The notes under the pieces: model-generated
Told to the model about the DNA's origin: nothing
What the model saw: the letters and a program-made list of their open reading frames with translations, nothing else
Database searches by the model: none
Made by a program: the position numbers and the translations under genes
Part shown: one piece after another, positions 33,834-54,500 of the stretch
Position numbering within the stretch: the stretch's first letter is position 1
Layout of the letters: each line of letters opens with the position of its first letter
Assembly (NCBI RefSeq): GCF_009914755.1
Contig: NC_060928.1
Length of the DNA: 64,000 nucleotides
Source: the human T2T-CHM13v2.0 reference genome, Homo sapiens
Direction: 5' to 3' (one strand)

Positions 33834-35132
33834 TGAAGTCATTTTTTAAAATAAAATGTCTGGCATACAGGCTGGAATGTATGGGATAATTGGAGCAAGT
33901 TAGTAATCTCTCTCTTCATGTGGCTTCTCCACATGGCTAGATTGGGCTTCCTTGTATATGGTGGTCTTAGGGCAATTAGACTTCTTACATGGTGACTGGC
34001 TTCATCCAGAATGAGCATTTCAAGACACCCGGGTGGAAGCTGCAAAGCTTCTTATGACAGTCTCAGAAGTCCTGAAGTGTCACTTTCTCTGAACTCTATT
34101 GGTTAAAGCAGTCACAGGTCATTCCTCACAGAAATAGAAAAAAAATTTACAAATTAATATGAAACCACAAAAAGACCTTGAATAGCCAAAGAAATCCTGG
34201 ACAAAAGAATAAAGCTGGAAGTATCACGCTAGCTGACTTCAAAATATACTACACAGCTATAGTAATCAAAACATCATAATACTGTCATAAAAGCAGTCAC
34301 AGAAGCCAGTAGAACAGAACAGAAAACCAAGAAATAAACCTACATATGTACAACCAACTGATTTTAGACAGAAGGGCCAAGAACATTCACTGGGGAAAGG
34401 AAAATCTCTTCAATAAATTATGCTGGGAAAACTGGATATTTATATGCAGAAAAATGAAGCTAGCCCCCATCTCTCACCGTATATGAAAATTAACCCAAAA
34501 TGGATTAATAATTGAATGACTAGAAGACTTAAATGACTAGAAGAATGACTAGAAGAATTAAATAACTAGAAGAAAACATAGGAGAAATGCTTCAGGACAT
34601 TTGTCTAGGCAAAGATTTCATGGAGAATATCTCAAAAACACAGGCAACAGAAGCAAAAATAGACAAACGAGATTATAACAAACGAAAAACCTTCTGCAAA
34701 GCAAAGGAAACAATCAACAGAGTGAATAAACAACTTGCAGAATGGGAGAAAATCCCTGCAAACTATTCATCCAACAAGGGATTAATATTTAGAATACACA
34801 AGGAACTCAAACAGCTCAAGAGCAAAAAACAAATAACATGATTAAAAGTGGGCAAATTAGCTGAATAGACATCTTCAGAAAGAAGATATACAAATGGCTA
34901 ACAGATATATAAAAAATACTCAACATCACTAATCATCAGGGAAATGCAAATCAAAGCCACAATGAGATATCATCTCAGCCCAGTAATAATGGCTGTTATC
35001 AAAAAGACAAAAATAACAAATAATAGCAAGGATGTGGAGAAACAGAAACTCTTATGCACTGTTGATGGGAATATAAATTAGTACAGCCATTATGGACAGC
35101 AGTTGTAGAGGTTCCTCAGAAAACTAAAATTA

Positions 35133-35305
35133 AGCTGAGTGCAGTGGTGTGTGCCCATAGTCTCAGTTACTCTGGAGGCCGAGGTGGGAAAATAGTTTGA
35201 GACCTTCAAGTTGGCAGTGTGCAATGATCACATCTGTATATAGCCACTGCATTCCACCCTTGAGTCATATGGCAACATAGTGAGAACCCATTCTTTAAAA
35301 AAAAT
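35133..35305 (+). mobile_element. FAM (fossil Alu monomer)
   Basis: Monomer with 'tagccactgcattcca...ggcaacatagtgaga' and A-tail. Confidence 0.65.
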
Positions 35306-35354
35306 AACAAATAAAAAAATAAATAGAACTACAATATGGATAAAGAAATTATGG

Positions 35355-35630
35355 GGACTGGGTGTGGTGGCTTATGCTATAATCCCAGCACTTTGGGAGA
35401 CTGAGGCAGGAGAATCACTTGAGGCCAGGAATCCAAGATCAGCCTGGGCAAAAAAGTGAGACCCCATCTCTTCAAAAACAATTTAAAAAATTAGCCAGGC
35501 CTGGTGGCATGATGTACTTGTAGTCCCAGCTACTTGGGAGGCTAAGGCTGGAGGATGGCTTGAGCCTAGGAATTTGAGGTTGTAGTGAGCTATGATCACG
35601 CCACTGCACTGTAAAAAAAAAAAAAAAGAA
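35355..35630 (+). mobile_element. AluJ, 3' terminus shortened
   Basis: Dimer with gagctatgatcacgccactgcact running directly into the A-tail. Confidence 0.85.
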
Positions 35631-35958
35631 GAATTGAAAAGAATTTGTGGCACATATACACAGTGGAATGCTATTTAGCCAGAGAAAAGAACAAAAATGT
35701 CATTCATGGCGACATGGATGAGCTTTGAGGACATTGTGTTAAGTGAAATAATTCAGGTACACAAAAAAAGATAAATACCACATGTTCTCACTCATATGTG
35801 GAAGCTAAAATATTTGATTCATTGAAATAGAGAGTAGAATGGTGGTTCCTAGAAGTTGGGAAGGGCAGAGGATAGTGAGGCAATAGCTAAAGGTTGGTTA
35901 ATGGAGGAAGAATCTCTAATGTTCTATAGCACTACAGGGGGACTATAATTAACAATTT

Positions 35959-36353
35959 TATTTATTTATTTTATTACATAAATTAACCCATTTATCATAG
36001 ACTAGTGATGTCTCAAATGGTGGAGCTTCTGCTGGTCTTCCAACTCCTTCAGTCTTCTGATGGCAACTTTACTGTGATGGTGGAAGTGGTGTTATAGGTC
36101 CAGGCACCACCAGCTACCATTTCCATCCAGGAGCCACAGTGCCAGATCCCCACAGCACCAGGTCCCCACAGCTTGTCTCTTTATCCGGATTTTGCCACAG
36201 AAGGAGCAAGTGTCCTCGGCATGCTGGTGAATTATAATTTTCTTCACCATTTTCTGGAGGGAGGCACCATAGTGGGTCCCATATTTATTGATAATTCTGA
36301 CTTTCTTGTTGGCTTTAATCATTTCACCACCAACTGGGCCTGAGCCCAGACAG
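35959..36353 (-). pseudogene. RPL37AP2: Processed pseudogene of ribosomal protein L37a (eL43)
   Basis: [23 protein letters not shown]...CSFCGK matches RPL37A; intronless with 5'UTR, 3'UTR (gggttaatttatgtaa) and A-tail; frameshifted; flanked by aacaattt repeats. Parent identity is secure; the pseudogene number is from memory. Confidence 0.9.
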
Positions 36354-37676
36354 CAACAACAATTTATCATATATTTTCAAATAGCTAGAAGAGCGGATTT
36401 TGAATATTCCCAGAACAACAACGAAAAATGTTTGAGATGACAGATATGTTAATTACCCTGATTTGATCATTGCACGTTGTACACATGTATTGAAATATCA
36501 CCCTGTACCCCATAAGTATGTATAATTATTATGCTAATTAAAATTAATAATAAAAGGGAAAAACAGCAGTCATAGGTCAGCTAAGATTGGAGGTGAAAGA
36601 ATAACCTCCACCTCTCAATGTACCTTGTATGATCAAAGACAGAAGTAATTCATGATTTCACAAAATGTGTTTCTAGAATCTGATTAGTTCATATGTGAAG
36701 AGAGACTGATGTCTATGTAACCGAGAAGTCACATTTGATCAGATCAGGTTTCTCCTAGGCAAGGGGAGCCAGAAGAGCAGGAACAGAATCACAACTTTCA
36801 GCTGCTGAAAAGATGTGCTGAAAAATCACCACATCTCAGCTGCTGTTCTGGGACCAGGATTCTTTTAGCTGCATTTTAAGAAAATGAAAAATGACTGCCA
36901 GCACCAGGCTCTCTGGGGAGGCCCCCAGAGGTGTCCCAGCCTTGTGCCACTCTTGCTTGGTGCCTGTGCCCTGGGAGCTTCTGGCTTCGAGTTCCTTCGG
37001 TGTGCATTGTTCCAGCACCCCCAGCTCTGCTCTCACAAACCTGTGGCCAGTGTTTCCTCTCACTGGTTTACGTGAATTTTTAGTATCTACAGTTGTAGCC
37101 TCTAGCCATGCCCAGCTGCCTGTCTGGAGCATCCAAGCTACCAAGGTTTGTTTTTCTTAGTGTTCTGGTTACAAAGTTGACTACATGTTGAGTGGTTTTC
37201 CCCACTTCATGTACCCTGTAAGCCCCGTGGCTTTTAGTGTTGATTTTGCAGAATGTGAGGCTTTTCAATAATGTAAATTTTACATGATAGCAGAAAAGTC
37301 TGAACTATTTATTCTCCATTAATATAAAGCACCAGTCCTTGGAGAGAAGTTGATTCCATTCTTGGGGTAATATTCTAGACTGGTTTGGAACATTTCTTGC
37401 CACAAAGAAATGATGCTTTAGAAATCCTGGAGAAAGATATCGAAACCAGCTTCAAGGAGAATCCTATTGGCCAAGTTCTGATAATTTAAGTATATAAAAT
37501 AAAATAATTATAGTTAATTAAAATATTTGGGGTCATGAAAAGCCAGAGTCAACAGTATTTAAAGAAAAATGACAGCTTTCTTTTAAAATAACACATGATA
37601 TACTTGGATAGCATTTCTTCAAATGAGCAAAGATGTTATTCACTTTTAATTGTGTGAATAGTTCAGTATTGTAGAT

Positions 37677-37685
37677 ACACACATA

Positions 37686-37719
<34 letters not shown>
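37677..37719. repeat. (CA)n microsatellite
   Basis: acacacatacacacatacacacacac... Confidence 0.95.
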
Positions 37720-37723
<4 letters not shown>

Positions 37724-39769
37724 GACAAAATACATGTCAGCCAAAGGCTAAAAAGATTTTATTCCCAGATATGGGATGACCTTGTTCATTATGACAATTG
37801 AGGTACATTCATCATATGTTGAATTATTAAGACAATCTGCAAAGCCTTAAAATTCACCAAAACTTCCATTGCCCATATCCCCTAGAATTTACAGGTAGTA
37901 GTAAAACATTAAGGTAGGAATTTGAAAAAAAAATAAACTGGCTTTTTGCAGAAACTAGATTCAGACAGACAGAGGTCTTGTCCTCAAGCTGTCATGAACA
38001 TGAGATTATCAGGCAGTAGAAAGATGGGACTCTCCCCCTTACTCTTGAGTGGACAAGCTCATCAAAGACTTGCTTTCTTAAGCCTGTGGCCTGCCACTTA
38101 CATTTATTTGATGGCATATTAATCTAGTGTAAATTACTAATGAAATTCATCAAAACTTTTCACTCATAAGACGTAAGAACCCCTTCTCCCCCGCTACATT
38201 TATCTCCCTTGAATCTGAAGGTACTCAAATGAAATGTGTATCCTTGAGTGGAGTGGATTTTGTCTTTTAAACAGACTGAGATACATGGACATCTGCTTGC
38301 TGGCATTTATTTGCTGTTTTGTGATTCTAGCAGCTATTCCTGGTTACTCTTGGTTACTCCCTTGATTTTTTACCCTTTCTGTGCATGGTCACCAAAAAGA
38401 ACTGGACAAAGACTTCCCAGGAAGAAAGAGAGAATCTCAGGCCTCACACCCTGGACCACTGTAGAGGGATAGGGAAAAATTTGTCCATCTGATCCCAAAA
38501 TGACTTTATGGAACCTGAAGGGTTTTTAGGGAGCAACATTGAAAAGACAATTCATATATGGCATTTGCTGCTCTTCAAGGAGGATAAGGTTTTAACGTTT
38601 CATGTTTTGGGTTTGTGCCCAAAGGACCAAGACTTATATAATGGTTTTAGGAACATGTAAAGGTAAATTATACCAGAGATTTTCAAAAAGTATTTCTTGG
38701 ACTAAAATATACTGATGTGGAATTGTTAGGCTCATAAAAACATGTTTGAGTTACTCTGATAAAGAAATGCAAGGGGGGAATATGTTTTAGTGAAAAAATA
38801 AAAAAAATGGAATATGTTTTAAAAGTCATTTGTGTAACAACTAGAGACATAATCGAAACAAGTGAAACTAAAACAGAGGGAAAAACTGGGGTAAAGGGAC
38901 TCTATAGAACTTAGATAGTTTAAATTTTGAGGCAACTTGAGAGCAGAGTCCAAGGGTGAGACATTTTAAAAATCTGAAAGTGGAAGGCTTCAAATATCAC
39001 TCACATCAAGCAATTTTAGCCAAGCTTATGGCAGGCATATTGACAAAGATTTTTAAAATTTGTTTTTGCAAGAAACAAGAGGCTTACTGAGAAATCTGCA
39101 ACACCTACATATAAACTGTGACATTTATGCCATGCTACCAGAAGCTTCTTTTGGAAGTCTAAACAAAACAAACAAAAATAGTGAATGCGGTATATTCCTC
39201 TTTTCTCTGTGTTGATGGAATAGGAGGTAATTTTTCACTCTATGAAATACTTACCAGCTCTGAGATGACTTTATGGACTCCACATTGGGAGTAAACTCTT
39301 GGCAAAACTGAATTTCACCTGAGTTGGAAGTTGGCCAATAGAAGAGTCTCTAGCAGATCTCAGTAAAGTCATGTGAAGCCCTGTTTCTTCTGTAATACAC
39401 AAAACGGTACAGTGGAGACCCCAGGGAAGAAGGAAGTGGTAGATTCTACTTGGGTGGAATGAGGTGAGAAAAGCTCATGGAGGAAATAATCCATAAACAG
39501 CTTATTCAAAGAAGAGTAGATACTCACCAGGCAGATGAGATGGGACTTGGTGGGGAGGCCAGAGGTACCACCCAGAAAGCAGGCAGCAATACGGGCCAAG
39601 ACATGGTGAAATGATATAGACTGGTGAGTTTGTAACTGCAAGCAGTTACACTTGGTGCACTGGCATGAACTTTGGATGTTAGGAATGGGGCAAAGCACCA
39701 TGAAATACAAGCTGGGTGGTAAGCAGGGACAGATGCTAGATGTCCTTGTACACTGTACTAAAGTTTGCT

Positions 39770-40140
39770 CTTTCATTTATTTAATGAATGCATGTATTAA
39801 GAACCTACTCAGTGCCAAGTCTTGGGGAGATAGACACAATTTTTTTGTTTGTGTGGCACTTACAGTATTAAAGGGGCAGACAGACATTAAACCTAATCAT
39901 ATGACTAATTATTTAATTTTACTTGTGATAAGCTCTCCTATAGAAAGGCCAATGCTGTGTAATGACAGAATTTGTAATAGGGAAATCTAACTTAGTGAGG
40001 CATCTGAGACGTCTTCCCTGAGGAGGTGACAATACAGCGGAGACCTAAGTGGGAGCGTGTCAGCTAAAGGAGGGCTTGTTTGTGAAAAAGCGCTTTGGGC
40101 AGGAGGAACATGGGCAAGGGCGGGGAGATGGACAGGCATG
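39770..40140 (-). mobile_element. L2 3' fragment (continues ~40806-40944)
   Basis: ttcatttatttaatgaatgcatgtattaagaacctact...tgccaag; 'cttccctgaggaggtgaca'. Confidence 0.6.
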
Positions 40141-48731
<8,591 letters not shown>

Positions 48732-49325
48732 GAAAATACAGAAAGCACTGTTAAGATGGATCTCAGAGTGTCAAGGTAAAAGCTTGTCAAGGCAAAAGCT
48801 GTGGCAATGTGGACAGACAGGATGGGATACGTTTGGAAGGTACATAGGAGCTAGAATTGGCTGTAGTTAGTGACTAATGAGTTAGATAAGGGAAAGGAGG
48901 AGAGAGACATCAAAAGAATGACTCTTAAATTTCTGGATGGAGCAGCCAGGTAGCTAGTGAGATGAGAACACAGATGATCAGATTCTGTGAGTGGGTAGGG
49001 TTAGGGGGAGCTGATGGGTTTCATTTCGTATACACTTAGCTTGAGGTGCCCATGGAGATAGCTAATAGGCAACTGGATGTGAATGTAAAGGTCCAGAAAG
49101 ATTTCAAAGCTAAGAGTTATAGAAAGGGGAAATATCAGCACTTAGCTAGTGGCTGAAGCCATGATGATTGATAGCTTACATGGAGAAAGTGAACTGAGTG
49201 AAAAGACCAGAGGGCCAAAGACCAAGCCCTGAGAAACACACATATTTACGAGGTGAGTATAGGAAGAGGGGCCAGAAAAGGAGCCTGAGAAAGAATCACA
49301 GAAAGCCAGAAAAATTAGGAGGAAG

Positions 49326-49775
49326 TGTGCACTGGATATTCTGTTTGCCCCTCCAAATCCACTATCCTTCTCCATCCTGCTCTGTGGCCTGGAAGGCTGA
49401 TTGCTGTGGACCACATCAACTGCCTCTCTTGTCCTCTGGCTTCAAGTGTTCAGCCACTTGGGGGCACTGCCAGGAGATTGGAGAGTAAGAAGAGAAAGGC
49501 TGGGGTGATCATCTTCTGGCTTCTTTCTGCTGTAAATGGATTGTTAGTGGCTATAGTCTGCCAAAGACCAGGGCTTCTGCTGGGCAACCTCACAGTTGCA
49601 ACTTGCCTTATCTCTACAGGCCTAAGGGTGTCAAGGCTGTCCCCTGTTGCTAGCCTATAGGTCCGTCACCTTCCCTTGCTAGTTTCCCTTAATCCTAGAT
49701 CTTTACAAATGATTCCTTCATTAAACTCTCTTCAGTCATCCCTATTTCTTGCCATCTGTGTACTCCTGAGACCTC
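49326..49775 (+). mobile_element. LTR33-like ERVL LTR
   Basis: tgtgcactggatattctgtttgcccctccaaatccact...cattaaactctcttca. Confidence 0.65.
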
Positions 49776-51068
49776 ATCTTTACAGAGATGTATCACAAAA
49801 GCCACTGAAAATGAGTTTCAAGGTGGGAGTGGTCAACGGTGGTCAAAGATAGGAGCCTGTACTTCTTCCTTAAGCTAAGCTTTGGGGAATGCTGAAGAGG
49901 TTTTCCTTGGTGAAGACTGAAGGGTCCATTGTACGTGGCAATTGGAGGTTGTTGGTGAGCACAGGTTAAAAGAAAGGTGAGCCGAAGTCAGGCTGCAGTG
50001 TGCTGAAGAGGCTATGGCAAGTTGCTGACCATCACTTTGAGGCACCTAGCTATGAGAGAAGAAGGTGGCATTTTGAGGGAGCTGCAGGGTGGCATTTTCT
50101 TTTAGGGACTTGAGCAGGCTTATCCTGTGGGAAGAATCCATTAGATAGGGGGAGGTTGGAAGAGCATGCAAGAGAAACATGAAAGGACCCATGACCTTGG
50201 GTCATGAGAGGACAGGAATGAGGGTAGGTGAGTGAGAATGTTTACAGCTATGGAGTAGGTGAGTGAGGAGCTTCTTCCTAAATATTCTCAGTGAAAATTC
50301 AAGGACAGTGAAACTTCAAAATAACAATTGGGGAGAAATTGATAAGGGGCCCAGAAAAGGCCTAAAGCGTTTGCTGAAATAAATAAATGATTGATGTTAC
50401 ATGATATAAACCAGAATGTAGAATGTGCAGTCAAGTGACAATGTGATGAGATGAAATTGGAAAGGTAGGGTGTGTCTAGATTATGGAATTTTGTTTTTAT
50501 ACAGTCAGTGGGAGTCATCAAAAGTTTTTGAGCAGGAGCATGATGGGTTGGATATAAGATGATTTGGGGTGAATGGGGGTCAAGAAGAAGTACTAAAGGT
50601 CACAATAATCTAGGCAATAGACAAGGGATGTGCTTTATTTGGGGATTGAGAGCAGATGTAAGAAAGTTAAGAGTTATTGAGGAGTTAGATCCGGTTGGAC
50701 TAGTGATGATGCCAACAGGTGGACTAGGGGGCTCTTAAGGCCCTTCCACAGAACCCCAAAACATTCAACCTTAGTCTACCCTAAATAAATATACACTGTA
50801 AGTAAAAACAGTGTGCTTTCTATGCAAACAATGGTTTAACACAAATTGGCTAGCCCTCCTCCATATTGCCAGGCCTAAACATCCACCTTTATAGACATTC
50901 AGGAACTTCCACTGCACAGAGCTTAGAGGCTGCTCAGATATAGAAAATGAAAAGAAGGAGACAGATAAGTCAGAAATTTTAACTGGGTTTACTGGGTGGA
51001 TGTTATGATACTGTTGACCAAGAAAGGGAATATGAGAGATTATATTTGTGAAAGAAAATGATGAATTT

Positions 51069-51208
51069 GGCCAGGCACAGTGGCTCATGCCTGTAATCCC
51101 TGCACTTTGACAGGCTGAAGCAGGAGGACTGCTTGAGCCCCAGAGTTCAAGACTAGTCTGGGCAATATAGGGAAACTTTGAGTCTATTATAATTTTATAT
51201 TAAAAAAA
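51069..51208 (+). mobile_element. FLAM_C / Alu left monomer
   Basis: ggccaggcacagtggctcatgcctgtaatccc...; TSD atgaattt. Confidence 0.8.
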
Positions 51209-51594
51209 CAATGAATTTTAGGTGCTCAGATGACCTATATGAATTTGGGCAACTAGGGTTGGGAATGTGAGTCTGGAGCTTAGATGGGAGGTAGGGCTTA
51301 CCATGCAGATCTGGCGTATCTGTGTAGAGCCAGTTGCTGAGGCAGTGGGGTTCAAGGAGAAAGGAATAATAAAGAAAGACTAGGAACAAACCAAAACCCT
51401 TGAGGAGTGCTGTCTTTAAGAGGGCAAGCAGAGGGGGGATGTCAGGAAGGAAGATGAGAAAATATTGCAAAGCAGAGCATGAACAGGACACAGCTCATGA
51501 TGGCTAGAGTGTAGCGAGTCACACCAAGGAAGGGCTAGGCAAGGATGTGCAGAGAGTCTTTTTCTTTACAGAAATCATCAATTCTTTTCTTGAA

Positions 51595-52323
51595 AATTGA
51601 TTTTTAATTTACACTTTATTCTAAAAAGTGGCCCCTCTTCTCTTTTAACATAACTTATTTAAAAACATTTATATTTACTCAGAACTTTTCCAATTTTGCA
51701 GTTTCACGATCAGCCTCCAAAAAGTTGTGCTAGTGTGTGTTCAGAATTCATTAAAATCTATCCAGCATTTCCACTTAAGTGCTTCAATATGTATGAAAAA
51801 ATGTCATTTGAATTCTCTTTGATGATCAAGTTGAACATCCTTGTCTTTGTCATCCTAAAGCTGTTCTTTTCAGAGAGCCAAATCCCATCAGATTGCTCCA
51901 GGTCTGTATTTGAGAAGGAAAGTTAGAACCACTTTGTCTAACTGCAACAGATTCTCTTCTGAATATTTACCCCAACCTATTGATGAAGTGCTCCTGTGTT
52001 CTCAGTGAACTGGTTTTGTTTGGAGCTCTTGTAATAATGGTGCATGGTTCTTGGAATGATCTCAAAATATTCCCCTCTTTCTCTTTCACACTGAAGAGCA
52101 GGTTCATCCCCATAGGATGTTAACAAGTGTGTTTAGCTTATAACCCTTCTAGAATCATCGCCCTCAAGTGGGCCCACAAAACCCTCATTTGCATCAGTGT
52201 CCACTTGGTTGGAATTCATGTTGTCTCCTTCAGGATCTTGTTGTGAAGGCTTTAGTTTTCCCCTGCCATGATCTTTAAAAGAATATTGTTTAGAGCTGTG
52301 AATATTTCCTTAATGAAAGATTC
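51595..52323 (-). other. LRRC66: LRRC66 3'UTR (approximate end)
   Basis: Unique sequence between the TAA at 52324-52326 and the poly(A) signal. Confidence 0.6.
51615..51620 (-). terminator. LRRC66: Probable LRRC66 polyadenylation signal AATAAA (ATTAAA also at 51603-51608)
   Basis: Canonical hexamer ~700 nt downstream of the stop, just before unique sequence gives way to L2. Confidence 0.65.
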
Positions 52324-54110
52324 TTATTTTAAAATGTCTGAGTCTCTTTCATGGAAGGCAGCCTTATCAGGATCTGAGGGAACTTCAGCAGAACATGGTG
52401 GTGTTTGCTGTAAAACGTCCACATTTGAAAATTCTAAGTCTCTAAGTGAGCAATGCCATTCTGCTGCCTTGGATTGAAGAGCTGTGTCATAATCATAAGT
52501 GAACATGCCCGGAAACTCATCCCCTAAGGGACTATTCCCTGGTGACCTGGGCCAGGGTGACAGGCCCTCAGATCTATCAGTGTCAGAGGCATTTTCCAGA
52601 TGAGTCTTGTACATGCCAGAGTCTGGAGCAGAAATGAGAGGTTTTTCAAAGGGATCTTCTTGATTCTTGCATTTCCCTGGAATTGTTTGGAAGGTAACAT
52701 TTTCCTCAAGACTGTCTACAGCCGTCACATTGTCCTTGCTTGCCCCTGAGCTCTCGTCCTGCAGGGACTCCTCATCAGGCACTGCCTCTTCAGTCTTGCT
52801 CCTTGCACTCTCTGAACTTATGGAGCTCAGAGTGAACAGAGACCCCTCATCAGAGTCACAGTCACTCTCCAACTCACAGCAAGTGTCAGAAGGAGTGGAT
52901 TTCTGCACTGGTTCCTTGTTAGCAGGAGTGACATCCAGGCCACTGTCCCATCTTGGAGGAAAGACTGATGGGCCTGTGTCTCTTGGGTCACCGTATGGAA
53001 CCTCGCTGTAGTGGGCTGAAAGCGCTTCCTCAGCCCTTGCCCCGGACAGCCTTGGCTGCTGTATGCTCAGCAAATCAATGGATGAACTCACTTGCCTTTC
53101 CTTAGAAAATTCCATCTGCGAGTCCCAAAGTGACTGTTCAGTGCCCCCTCTTTCCTTACTATCTCCAGTCCTCTGTGCTTCTGCATGTGTTAGCATTTTA
53201 CAGAGGGAAGCTGTTATTTCTCCGGAGAGGGAAGGGTCTAATTCATTGGAATCATAACGGCTTGAGCCAGAGACAGCGTGAGACGTGCCAGCTACAGAAG
53301 AGACGCCCACTGAATGTGCACTGAGAGGCTCTTCCTGGGCCACAGTTTCATAAGTCCATTCTCCGAGAATATCATTCCTATGGATGTGGTCCTGCGCTGC
53401 TGACATTAGTTCACGGTTACCGGCATGTGGATGTCTCTGGAGAATGGAATAGACTGCACCATCATTTCCACTTCCTGCCCCGGTGTTGTCCCCGCACTGT
53501 CCTGGGCTCTGCGAACTGCCAGGATCCTTTCTGCTCCTTCCCAGAGTTCTATCAGGAATTACGGTGGCGTGTGGGTGTGGCTGTGTCACCCAGAAAGGGG
53601 TCTGGTTCTCGTAGAGGCTTAGATGAGGAAATACTTGGCGCAGATGGGTCTCTGGGTGTGGTGTGTGCCCCGCAGCTTCCATGTCATCGTAGAAGCCCTC
53701 GTTTGAATACGCGTTGTCCAGGCCAGGGCTTTTGCTCTGGCACTTTTTTTGCCACAGTCTGTCAACATAAGGCCTTGTGAAAGCCCCCAGGCTGAAGGCG
53801 ACAAGGAATGTGATGAACACTGACAGGCACACCGCCAGAGCCAGGTCCTGGGGAGCGTCCTCTTTTTTGCCGGCAGCCTGCACATCGCGGGTGCTTCTAA
53901 CACTCCTTGGCAGCCGTCTCTGCTTCTTCCTGAGACCAGAGCCGGCCTTTGCCTTCTTCCCCAGAGTAGAAATGCCCGTGTGCCTTCCTCCCTGGGGCCT
54001 CTCTGCTTTGCTTCTTATGAGGCTTTTCATGCGATGCAGATGAATGGGAGGAAGGCGGGTTTCCCTGGAAATCCTGCTCTGGGGAGTGCCCCCGTTGGCC
54101 TCCTCACTCC
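52324..54110 (-). CDS. LRRC66: LRRC66 last coding exon: basic stalk, TM helix (~53779-53844), long acidic/Ser-rich cytoplasmic tail
   Basis: Long open frame; acceptor ttgcag|GG at 54111/54110 (phase 1); LALAVCLSVFITFLVAFSLGAF TM; TAA at 52324-52326. Confidence 0.93.
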
Positions 54111-54230
54111 CTGCAAGTGGGATTAAAAAAATACACATTGAGCGAACATTGAAATAAGATTTCAGGGGTTTTTCTCTTTTTTACAGAATTGAAAAAAATT
54201 CAATTTTTTTGAATTTTGAATTCCAGGCAC

Positions 54231-54500
54231 ACCCAGCCTGGAGCGCAGTGGCACAATCATAACTCACTGAAGCCTCAGACTCCTGGGCTCAAGTGATCCT
54301 CCCACCTCAGCCTCTAGAGTAGCTGGGACTACAGGTGTGTGTCACCACGCCTGGGCTGCTTTTTTTTTATTTTCCTACTTACAGAGACAAGGGCTGTCAC
54401 TATGTTGCCAAGGCTGGTCTCAAACTCTTGGCATCAAGCGATTCTCCTCCCTCAGCCTCCTGAACAGCTGGGACTATAGGTGTGAGCTGCTGCCCCAGCT
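54231..54500 (-). mobile_element. AluJ (tail end eroded)
   Basis: cccagcctggagcgcagtggcacaatcataactcactgaagcc... Confidence 0.85.

Larger units (their letters stand above)
34122..36562 (+). mobile_element. 5'-truncated L1MA-type element hosting a FAM, an AluJ and the RPL37A pseudogene
   Basis: ORF2 remnant [12 protein letters not shown]...KIDK, L1MA 3'UTR, flanking TSD; short aatgactagaag tandem at ~34515-34570. Confidence 0.82.
33855..36620 (-). mobile_element. MLT1-type LTR (33855-34121 and ~36563-36620) split by an L1
   Basis: MLT1 motif 'gacttcttacatggtgactggcttc'; agcagtcacaggtca / agcagtcataggtca duplicated on both sides of the L1. Confidence 0.6.
48740..51550 (-). mobile_element. Fragmented L2 tract (interrupted by LTR33, FLAM and other sequence)
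   Basis: Recurrent purine-rich L2 motifs (aggcaactggat, gagtggtcaac, ttttgagcaggag); boundaries approximate. Confidence 0.5.

Noticed and set aside
34515-34570. aatgactagaag repeated 3-4 times with short spacers
   Set aside because: Slippage expansion inside an L1MA remnant
52524-54043. Overlapping alternative-frame and antisense ORFs
   Set aside because: Shadows of the GC-richer LRRC66 exon
54111-54138. N-terminus MCIFLIPLA of the 604-aa ORF as a gene start
   Set aside because: It is the intronic polypyrimidine tract and acceptor; the exon starts at 54110 and splices in frame to upstream exons
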